Part shown: in pieces, positions 1 through 7,436 of the stretch
Layout: the number at the start of each line of letters is the position of its first letter
Numbering within the stretch: the stretch's first letter is position 1
Assembly (NCBI GenBank): GCA_963768855.1
Contig: CAVYJM010000008.1
Location: 1 to 64,000, forward strand
Length of the DNA stretch: 64,000 nucleotides
Direction: 5' to 3'
From: an uncultured Thermoplasmata archaeon
Lineage (GTDB): Archaea; Thermoplasmatota; Thermoplasmata; RBG-16-68-12
The notes under the pieces: generated by a model
Seen by the model: only the letters and a program-made list of their open reading frames with translations
Database searches by the model: none
Told to the model about the DNA's origin: nothing
Made by a program: the position numbers and the translations under genes

Positions 1-484
1 AGTCCAGCCGCAACACGAGACGGTGGTATCGGGCGTCGCCTTCAACCCAATAGCGGGGGTCGACTCGATAGTCCCTAAAGCCTCGGGCCCGGTGAGAGCG
101 CCAGGACTCTGCATAGGGTTGCCGAAGTGAAGCTGTCGGCGATACGTGGACACGGTAAGAACGTGGAAACCCTCCCCGCGCCTCAGCCTCGAAGTGAGGG
201 CCGGAGGCACAGAGGTACCAACGCCGGCGTGCTGCAGATCCTCCGCAACCCCAATGCAGGAGAGCTCCGCCATGTCTCGTCGACGGGGGTCCACGTCACG
301 AAGCCCAAGAAGTTGGCTCTCGCGAGTTGCAACGTACCCTTGGTGAGATTCGAGATCGCGAGCGATTTGGGCAAGGCCGACGGAACCAAACCACTTCTCG
401 AGACTGAGCGAGCGCCAGGGTTGCGGTGGCGTCGCCTCGTTCGGTCTGACGGATAACGAATGGCGGCTTCGTCCTGATTACCAC
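1..484 (-). pseudogene. GNAT N-acetyltransferase, multiply frameshifted, runs off window start
   Basis: Stitching the minus-strand frames gives VIRQTERGDATATLALAQS/LEKWFGSVGLAQIARDLESHQGYVA../LGFVTWTPVDET/MAELSCIGVAEDLQHAGVGT../RGFRDYRVDPRYW. This includes a GNAT motif-A-like QHAGVG. A promoter-like GAAAGGTTAT lies ~25 nt upstream. Confidence 0.7.
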
Positions 485-1230
485 GACATACCTGGCGAGG
501 CGAGGCATAACCTTTCTGGGTCTGGAATGAGGGCCGCGAGCACCTTTTCTCTTTTTCGTTTCGCTACGGAGGACGACCTCGAAACCGATGTTCGTCGGGA
601 CTCTGTTGCGCGCGCATGCTCGGAGCCGAGAACCTTCGTGATGGCCTCGACCACATCGGTCGGGCGCGCGACCGCTCCGCAATACTGGCACTTGGCGAGG
701 GCATCCGGAGACGTCGTTCCCGTGATCGTGGAAGGACTACGACAAACGGGGCAAGTGTAGCTTGCCGAGACGCCCATGGCCCTGAGCTGCTGTAGCAAGT
801 CGTTCACATTGACATGGACCTGGGTAATGTACTGTTGACGTCCCCGGTTTCTCAAGTCCCCCGCTTCCTTCCACATGCCCAGTTTCTCGTAGAGCACCGC
901 GGCGTCCTCGTACCGGCCAGCTACCACGAGGTGCTCCACATGAATCCGGTTCGCCCGCCACGCGGCCTCGGGGCTGAGAATCCTTCCCAGGAACGTGTAG
1001 CCACCGCCCCACTGCGTGATCATCTGACCTCGTGATAGATGGTACTGGGCGGCGTGTTCGTAACAGGCCCACGTGCATGAGTACGCGGGCGTCTGGCGGC
1101 CTTCCTGGTCCGGGAAGCTCATGCCCACGGGTACCGCTACGCACCTTTCGCAGCCCTGGCGGCCGCACGTGGAACACGTTATGAAAGTGAGGCCGAAACG
1201 CTTGTTCCCACACGACGGGCAAACCGCCAC
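478..1230 (-). CDS. Multi-zinc-finger protein (8-Cys N-terminal finger, helical repeat, C-terminal Zn ribbon); paralog of 50455..51066
   Basis: CxxC-x11-CxxC-x4-CxxC-x21-CxxxC, then AGRYEDAAVLYEKLGMWKEAG, then CPVC..CQYC. It aligns along its length with the 50.4 kb copy and has ~45 extra C-terminal residues. Confidence 0.85.
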   Translation of the reverse strand: MAVCPSCGNKRFGLTFITCSTCGRQGCERCVAVPVGMSFPDQEGRQTPAYSCTWACYEHAAQYHLSRGQMITQWGGGYTFLGRILSPEAAWRANRIHVEHLVVAGRYEDAAVLYEKLGMWKEAGDLRNRGRQQYITQVHVNVNDLLQQLRAMGVSASYTCPVCRSPSTITGTTSPDALAKCQYCGAVARPTDVVEAITKVLGSEHARATESRRTSVSRSSSVAKRKREKVLAALIPDPERLCLASPGMSW

Positions 1231-1261
1231 GCAGCACCCTTCCAGCCGGGTCAGGCGCCCG

Positions 1262-1282
1262 GGAGGATTGGAAGGTTTCGGT
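1262..1282 (-). promoter_or_regulatory. BRE/TATA-like promoter motif ACCGAAACCTTCCAATCCTCC
   Basis: 20/21 identical to 50403..50423; both end 31 nt before the start codon of the paralogous gene. Confidence 0.7.
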
Positions 1283-1401
1283 CCTATTCGCGGCGCAAGT
1301 AACCTCTGGAGTATCTCGCAAGGTTCAGCCTTACAGAGCGGGCTCGACGTCCGACCAGGGCATCCTGCTTGGGGGAGGCTTTGTGGAGGCGCCTGTCGGC
1401 G

Positions 1402-1584
1402 TCAGGCGCGGACCCAAAGAAGGGCATCGAGGATCGCCCTGAGGCGGGGCACGTCCGGGGGTGGGGGCAACCAGTACGCGTAAACCGTGGCTGCCTTCGT
1501 CCGGGGACGGATCTCGGCCTCGGCCCGCTCGATCGCGACGCGCAGCTCCGCGATGGCCTTGTCGATCTCCACGGCGGTCTTCAT
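1402..1584 (-). CDS. Small hypothetical protein
   Basis: 60-aa ORF with genome-typical codon use and an amphipathic N-terminal helix. Confidence 0.55.
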   Translation of the reverse strand: MKTAVEIDKAIAELRVAIERAEAEIRPRTKAATVYAYWLPPPPDVPRLRAILDALLWVRA

Positions 1585-1772
1585 GGACCCTGCTCATGGG
1601 AGACGGGTCTAATCAACCCGCCGCCGCCGGACGTAGACGGTCCAGACCCCGAACGCGCCATTCCTACAATGCGCGCTAGAAGGAGCCGCACCGTGCGTGC
1701 ATTGCAGGGGTTCGCGGGACTGTGGCGGGTTCGCAAGGCTCGGTGGTCCTGACGCGCGAATCGGGACGGACA

Positions 1773-2273
1773 TCACGCGTACGCCATCGTGAGCCCTCGG
1801 CGATCCACCAACCTGCGGAACTCCTCGTCCACAACGTGCCGTTTCCTCTCGAGGGAGGAATCCAGAAACTTAAGCGAGGTGGAGGCGCTGTGTACGGGGC
1901 CCTGCATGGGGATGCGGATGCCGGCGCGCACGTCCACCTCGGGCAGGGGGATTCCCCCGGACGTTTCCTCGAGGACCTTCCGGAGCCTCGCAAGGCTAAC
2001 CTCCACAATCGCGAAGATGCCCGCCTGCTGTTTGAGGGATCTGGGAAGGTCTTTGGGGACGGAAGAAGCGAGGTGCGCACCGACGCCCGCGGCCTCAAAC
2101 GGATTGACCTGATATTCCTTCAGCTCGTAGACCCCAACTCTAGGGTGGAAGATGTAGTAATCTCGGGCGAAAAGCCGAGGGTCTTGCCGCACGGCAGCCT
2201 TCCATCCGTAGGGATGCTCTTCAGCCCGTGCGATGAGTTCGCAGAGGATCTCTTCTCGGGTCTTCACGTCCAC
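1773..2273 (-). CDS. Hypothetical protein
   Basis: 166-aa ORF with globular composition; a TATA-like ATATAT lies upstream. Confidence 0.75.
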   Translation of the reverse strand: MDVKTREEILCELIARAEEHPYGWKAAVRQDPRLFARDYYIFHPRVGVYELKEYQVNPFEAAGVGAHLASSVPKDLPRSLKQQAGIFAIVEVSLARLRKVLEETSGGIPLPEVDVRAGIRIPMQGPVHSASTSLKFLDSSLERKRHVVDEEFRRLVDRRGLTMAYA

Positions 2274-2404
2274 GGTTAGTTACGAGGGGGCCCAGGGATA
2301 TATGTCCTTCCTCGCCCGAGCCTCGTGCCGGTCGTGGACGTGAGGACGGGGCGCACTCGCCGCATCGCACGGGCCATCACGTACGAGCGGAGACCGCCAA
2401 GTCT

Positions 2405-3051
2405 TCAGCCATACCCCACCCACGTCGTCCTCTTGGGCATGGCCAGAACCTCTTCGACCTTCAGCCTCTTCTCGGGGTCGGGACCCACGGCATCTTCGTA
2501 GTGGCTGGCTTTGAGTACAACCGCTGAGTCCGCGCCCTCGCCTGTTCCGGCCACGGTGATGACCCTCTTACCGACCTCGACCGATCCGGCGTCAACAGCC
2601 ATGAAGACGACCTCGATCGCCGTCCGGAACCCGTGTCCGCCTACCAGGATGAGGCTCATCCAGAACAGGTCGGCCTCCGGCCTCTTCACCCGTACCGTCT
2701 CCTTCTCCCACTAGTTGCGGGAGGTCAACGGCCGGAACGGTTCCTCGACATCGTCAACAATGGAGACTCCCAAACCATCGAGCATCTTCCGGTCTTCCTC
2801 GGCGACGAGCGGAAACCTGTATCCGGGGCGTACTTCTCCCACGACGGTGGACCCGTGACACACACGACGGGCACCTTGACTCCTGCCTCCCGCAGATTCT
2901 CGGTGACTCGGATGGCCGTTCGACCGGAAACCGACGCCACGACCACAGCGTCGATGCCGCCTTCGCGGGTCCTCTCCTGAACCGCTTGCACGACCTCCTC
3001 CGTGTTCTTCGGTCCCGGTTCCTCGAAGAAGCGCACTGACCGCGCACCCAT
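2405..3051 (-). pseudogene. Pyruvate kinase C-terminal-domain-like protein (COG1751-type), disrupted
   Basis: N-part FFEEPGPKNTEEVV..VVVASVSGRTA and C-part GFRTAIEVVFMAVDAG..VITVAGTGEGADSAVVL. They are joined by a frameshift near 2820 and an in-frame TAG at 2711-2713. Confidence 0.8.
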
Positions 3052-3139
3052 GCTCACACCTCTTGCTGCGCCCAATCCCGGGTAGTGGCTACAAAGGACG
3101 GTACTTATGAGAGGCGAGGAGCTACGGGCGGGGGCCCCT

Positions 3140-3622
3140 TCACTCCAACATCCAATCTCCAACGGTGTCCTCATACGCCAATTTGAATAGCCGCTGCGCC
3201 CACGTGTCCCGGAAGGCCACGTGCTGCTTCTTCAGAGCGGGGGTCAGAACGGGGTCTTCGCACCACGCTTTGGCGTCCTCCACGCGCATCTTCAAATGGT
3301 TGACATCCTTCATGGCGTACGCGATGCGGAACTCGACGTCGGCGGCCTTGAGGTGAGCCTCCGCGATGGCCAACGGATTCTTCACAATCACTTCCTTCGT
3401 CATCCTCAAGCCCATGCGCTTGACCTCCTTGATTTCCACGAGTTCGTGGACAACGAAGAACAGATTGTGAACGACTTGGTCCACGGTTGGGTTGAGGTAT
3501 GCGGTGTCGGTGTGAAGCCAACGGACGAACTCCTTCGCGGAGACCCGACATGTGCGTCCGTGGTCTCGGAGAACCTTGCGTCCGCGTCGCAACGAGGCGA
3601 AGACTTCCGTATCGGTCGTCAT
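3140..3622 (-). CDS. Hypothetical protein with HExxE motif (VHELVEI..EAHLKA)
   Basis: 160-aa ORF from the ATG at 3622; helical globular composition. Confidence 0.75.
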   Translation of the reverse strand: MTTDTEVFASLRRGRKVLRDHGRTCRVSAKEFVRWLHTDTAYLNPTVDQVVHNLFFVVHELVEIKEVKRMGLRMTKEVIVKNPLAIAEAHLKAADVEFRIAYAMKDVNHLKMRVEDAKAWCEDPVLTPALKKQHVAFRDTWAQRLFKLAYEDTVGDWMLE

Positions 3623-3879
3623 GGACGCACTCGTAAATCCGCAGCATCCTGCGGGCACTTGAGGATTCGGTAGTTGTTGCACTGCAGCTAGTACGGGTGC
3701 AATGAACAAGCCTGGGGTCCTCAAGTCTGCCATAACACCCTGCGCCTCGAATACCGCTCTGGCCGCGTGCCTGAAACACGTCTATTTGCACACGCTCTGG
3801 CCCAGGGGGCTTGTCTCGATGCAGTTCGCCCTTCACGCCTGGCATTTGGTACCCGTGCCCATTGGAGGCCTTCGGAGCG

Positions 3880-4176
3880 CTACCTGGGGACGTTGTACCA
3901 TTCCCGCGCGGTGATTGGACACACGAAGCGTCCAGCTCGCTTGCTAATCCTGTTCCGCCACTGAAGGGGACGGAGGTTCCATAGGTCGTTGGCACCCCCT
4001 TCGAACTCTGGGACAATGAGGTCGATTTCCCACCCGAATTGGGAATTCAGGTTCTCGAAGAAGTTCCGTCGAATCCAGGCTCCGCATTCGTCCTTGCGCC
4101 AGATTTCGGGGTCGGCTTTCTCCGTGATCCCGCCCTTCTCCCAGACCATCCGGACCATGTCTTCGTCGAAGGCCAT
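3880..4176 (-). CDS. HNH endonuclease-like protein, catalytic residues degenerate
   Basis: WRKDECGAWIRR..GWEIDLIVP..GG.NDLWNLRPLQWRN resembles the small HNH family pattern WEIDHIxP..GG..D..NLxPLxWxNN. Confidence 0.75.
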   Translation of the reverse strand: MAFDEDMVRMVWEKGGITEKADPEIWRKDECGAWIRRNFFENLNSQFGWEIDLIVPEFEGGANDLWNLRPLQWRNRISKRAGRFVCPITAREWYNVPR

Positions 4177-4354
4177 TCCGGCGTCGCTTCCTCTCGGTTG
4201 ACGGAATCGATGTCGGCGCCCATAAGGGTTCGCCCCGAGGTGCATCGTCACGCGGGTGGCCGCTGCGGCCACTCCTCGAAGGCCGAGGACTGCGGCCTCG
4301 CGACCGTACGAGGGCAAGGTTGGCCAAGTGAAAGTCCTCGCAAATCTAGGCGTT

Positions 4355-4567
4355 TCATGACGAGGGCCTGCGGCTCTCGCTATCCGTCTGGCTCCCGGCT
4401 ACGGGCGTGTTGCTCACCCGGCCTGCGAAGCCGCAATATTCGCACGAAATCCAAATGCGGGTCGCGAGGTAGTACCACTTTCGGGTGAGCTTGCCACATC
4501 GGGGACACCGTTCCGGATGCGACGGATTGTCGTGGACCACGTTGGCCGGTTCACTCGGTCCCGGCAA
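4355..4567 (-). CDS. Small zinc-ribbon protein
   Basis: CPRCG..CEYCG pair in a 70-aa ORF. Confidence 0.55.
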   Translation of the reverse strand: MPGPSEPANVVHDNPSHPERCPRCGKLTRKWYYLATRIWISCEYCGFAGRVSNTPVAGSQTDSESRRPSS

Positions 4568-4694
4568 GGTCCCACCCGGTTCGGAACGAAAACATCGTAG
4601 CCTAGCTGACGCGCCGGCAGGCTTAGGCCTTTGGGATGTGCAACACAGAGATTAAGAGGAGTCGACGCGCTGTGAGAACCTGGGGGCGTTCTGA

Positions 4695-4985
4695 TTGCCA
4701 ATCGGCAGGGACGAGTTCGACGAAGGGGCCAAACTCAGTGATTGGGCCAAGGAAGTCCATACCTTCTTGGAAACTCGATCCGGAGAGGCGTTCACGAAGA
4801 TGGAAATCTTCCATGGGCTGGGACATGAGATACCCCAGGAAGAGCGGCCGCTTGTGGAACTCCTTGACTTCACGGCTGCGCTCGCCGTTCTCAACTCGGC
4901 GCTTGGAGAGCTCATGAAAGCACGGAAGGTCGAGCGTCGCAAGGTCGGGAAGGAAGAGTACTACGCCTGCGCAAGGCGCAAATAG
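4695..4985 (+). CDS. Small winged-helix-like hypothetical protein
   Basis: EVHTFL..GEAFT..EI..ALGELMKARKVERRKVG..YY has a wHTH-like pattern. Confidence 0.65.
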   Translation: MPIGRDEFDEGAKLSDWAKEVHTFLETRSGEAFTKMEIFHGLGHEIPQEERPLVELLDFTAALAVLNSALGELMKARKVERRKVGKEEYYACARRK

Positions 4986-5114
4986 CTAGGATTGGGAAGG
5001 TGGCCGCCCAGTTCCGATGCAACAGCCGTGAAGAGCGGCAGGAGAGGAAGCGGTGAGGCGACGGTCTCCTGGATGACGACCCGGCGGGGTCCCTATCTCG
5101 CACGCGGGGACCGA

Positions 5115-5261
5115 CTACGCGCGCTCGAGGACATAGAGGGTGTAGTCCTTGCGGCTCGAGGTTGGGTACATGTTGTGCTCGAGGCACACGGGAATCCAGT
5201 TGTCCGGGAGCTCGAGCAGCTCTTCCTCGTCGCATTGGACCTGGCGGAGCTTGACCTTCAT
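5115..5261 (-). CDS. 48-aa hypothetical microprotein (MKVKLRQVQCDEEELLELPDNWIPVCLEH...)
   Basis: Translated by hand; strongly GC3-biased codons; below the ORF-track length cutoff. Confidence 0.5.
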   Translation of the reverse strand: MKVKLRQVQCDEEELLELPDNWIPVCLEHNMYPTSSRKDYTLYVLERA

Positions 5262-5413
5262 GTGAATCCGGCAGGTCTATTCCCCGGAGACGAGACAAAG
5301 CTTTCGCAACGTTTCTCGCGAGATCTCCAACCAATGGCGGCTCATGCCGAAACCCCCATCCCTCCGTTCCGGCAAAGCCCTTCCGGCGAACCACTTGGTT
5401 CTGGAGCGGAGGG

Positions 5414-5695
5414 CTAGTGGAGGGCGCGCCACAGCGGGCCTCGAAGCCTGCCGATGAACCAGTAACTCGAGAAGCAACAGAACGCGAGGACGCCGCTCAC
5501 CACGATGACGACCGGCCAGTTAGATGCGAACTCCGAGGGATTGCGCCACCAGATCAGGATGAAGAAGGCAAGCGTGGCTCCCGCCCATGGAATGAGGAAG
5601 TACGTGGGAAAGTCGCCAGAAAGCTTCCTCGAAGCGCCACCGGATTCGAATCGGGAGGTTCCCATGCCGAAACCGGTATTCCCTCGTCCCGGCAT
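5414..5695 (-). CDS. Small two-TM membrane protein
   Basis: Two hydrophobic segments (YFLIPWAGATLAFFILIWW; WPVVIVVSGVLAFCCFSSYWFI). The start was chosen at the ATG inside repeat copy A. Confidence 0.65.
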   Translation of the reverse strand: MPGRGNTGFGMGTSRFESGGASRKLSGDFPTYFLIPWAGATLAFFILIWWRNPSEFASNWPVVIVVSGVLAFCCFSSYWFIGRLRGPLWRALH

Positions 5696-5731
5696 AGCCC
5701 TTGCGGCCGCTCGGGGGCGACGGGGCGGGGC
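5691..5731. repeat. Short dispersed GC-rich repeat, copy A
   Basis: The first 34 nt are 30/34 identical to 6536..6569, and 5704..5722 is identical to 7107..7125. Confidence 0.8.
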
Positions 5732-5878
5732 AGCCTTTCTATTCATGACCACCTGTGGCTCTCTCGGGGGCGGGCGATGATTTGCCAGCGACGGATGAAT
5801 GCCAAGAAACGGAGACGATCAAATCCGTCCAGCTCCTCTTCGACAAGCCCCATCGACCTATATGGTGACGGGTGAGCC

Positions 5879-6022
5879 ATGGGCGCATGCGCTGAGTGTG
5901 GAGCGGAAACACAGTTCGAGTGGGTCCGGCCGGATGTATCGAAGCAGAAGATTGAACAGGTCGGACCCAAGGACCTCATCTGCCTGCACTGTTACATACG
6001 CCTCTACGGGTCGTTGGGCTAA
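5879..6022 (+). CDS. 47-aa zinc-finger microprotein (MGACAECG...ICLHCYIRLYGSLG)
   Basis: CxxC..CxxC, with an upstream GGTGAG ribosome-binding-like site and a CCTATAT TATA-like box; translated by hand. Confidence 0.65.
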   Translation: MGACAECGAETQFEWVRPDVSKQKIEQVGPKDLICLHCYIRLYGSLG

Positions 6023-6142
6023 TGGCGTGAGTGGTATCGCCTCCGCGAGTGCAAGTGACTCGCGGCGGAGGACCGCCTCAAAACCGAAGCGCGGGCGCGG
6101 GCATTACTCCCGTTCGCGGCCATCGAGGTCAGCGTTCTCTGG

Positions 6143-6490
6143 TTATTCGATATGCGCATGGACAAACGAGTTTGTGCTTTCGGCCTGCTGAAGGAATGTT
6201 AGGAGCCGCCTAAGTCGCTGCTTCAGAGGCGAAGTCAAGACGGCTCCAACCTCGGAACCTTCGGTGACCAAGTACTCGATGTATCGCACCAACGCCGGGA
6301 TTTCATCCGGCGAGAAGGACTCATCGGAGCAGGCTGGCGCAGGTCCTAATCGGCGGAGTTGTCGCAACTCGCGCGTGAGTCTTCCAATGAGTTTCCATAG
6401 TTCGTCTTCGACGTGGTCGTCCAGAGAAATGGCCTTCGGTGCTCGGTAGGCGTCCTCGGCGGTCCGCCCCGAACTTATCGAAATCGGCAT
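6143..6490 (-). CDS. Hypothetical helical protein
   Basis: 115-aa ORF from the ATG at 6490 with amphipathic helices. Confidence 0.55.
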   Translation of the reverse strand: MPISISSGRTAEDAYRAPKAISLDDHVEDELWKLIGRLTRELRQLRRLGPAPACSDESFSPDEIPALVRYIEYLVTEGSEVGAVLTSPLKQRLRRLLTFLQQAESTNSFVHAHIE

Positions 6491-6535
6491 TGGTCCCTCT
6501 AGAAGTGTCAGCGTCCTCCTTGAACCCTTTGTAAG

Positions 6536-6581
6536 GGCATGGCCCTTCCGACCGCTCGGGAGCGACGGGACGGGGCGGGGC
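6536..6581. repeat. Short dispersed GC-rich repeat, copy B
   Basis: GGCATGGCCCTTCCGACCGCTCGGGAGCGACGGG..GCGGGGC matches copy A. Confidence 0.8.
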
Positions 6582-6626
6582 ACCAACCGTTTCTATATGC
6601 TTGGATGCGGTCTGGATTGAGAGGTT

Positions 6627-7103
6627 ATGGTACCGGGGAATGTGACACGCCTGTATCTGGACGACAACGTGCTTGACCGTGTCGTAGGTGAGGCACGGGA
6701 CCTAGTCCTCGCAATCGCGGGAAGAGGTGCGGCCGTGTTCTACTCCAGTCACACCACGGAAGATGAACTCGGGGCCATGCCAGCCGGGGAAGCCGAGAGG
6801 CAGCGGGCACTGCTCGCCGATGTCAAACGGTTCACTCAGGACGTTCAACCCATTCCGACGGTGAGGGGTCATGGAAGGTTTGACAAGACTTTGTTCGGCG
6901 ATGACATCTCAATTCGGATATACAAAGCACTGACTGGCAAGCATGGGCCGCGCGACGCTATCCACGTCGCCACGGCGAACTACGTCGGATGCGACTACTT
7001 TGTGACCGAAGACAAGGGCCTCAGGCAGGATGTCGAGCGTTGGGGACTCACGATGAAACCCATCGGCTTCGACGGCATGATGATTCTACTGAGAAGCCTC
7101 TGA
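6627..7103 (+). CDS. PIN domain (VapC-like) ribonuclease
   Basis: LYLDDNVL..TTEDEL..RDAIHVATA..CDYFVTEDKGL contains the acidic PIN tetrad. Confidence 0.85.
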   Translation: MVPGNVTRLYLDDNVLDRVVGEARDLVLAIAGRGAAVFYSSHTTEDELGAMPAGEAERQRALLADVKRFTQDVQPIPTVRGHGRFDKTLFGDDISIRIYKALTGKHGPRDAIHVATANYVGCDYFVTEDKGLRQDVERWGLTMKPIGFDGMMILLRSL

Positions 7104-7106
7104 GTC

Positions 7107-7134
7107 CGGCCGCTCGGGGGCGACGAGCGGGGGC
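7107..7134. repeat. Short dispersed GC-rich repeat, copy C
   Basis: CGGCCGCTCGGGGGCGACG is identical to copy A; it starts 3 nt after the PIN stop codon. Confidence 0.75.
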
Positions 7135-7436
7135 TTGCTGCGGTCGGACTAGCAGACGCAGAGGCTCGGCTGGGCTCGGGGCTGCGAGGCAAGAGCCGCA
7201 TGAGCCATGATCGCCACCCCTTTCCCATCTTCTTGACGCTCCTTGCCGTCGAGAGCGTTTCAGCACTCATAGAGGTCGTCACGTCGTTTGGTCGGCTGAC
7301 CCTCTTCTCATCACAAACGCATCGGTCCGATGCCTGTGCCCCTAGAAAACGATTGCCGCGACGGGCGGCGTACCGGTCTCATCGAATTAAACTCGTAGCG
7401 CAAGCTATTTGACGTGCGAATCGCGTCCCGCGCGCG

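Noticed and set aside
127-456. Plus-strand 109-aa ORF at the window start
   Set aside because: It is better explained as the antisense shadow of the minus-strand GNAT pseudogene.
2711-2713. Genome-wide amber (pyrrolysine-type) recoding suggested by in-frame TAGs at 2711, 5277 and 25747
   Set aside because: TAG ends conserved genes at their normal length (rps27ae, Sec61beta, DUF359), and the internal TAGs lie in otherwise disrupted sequence.
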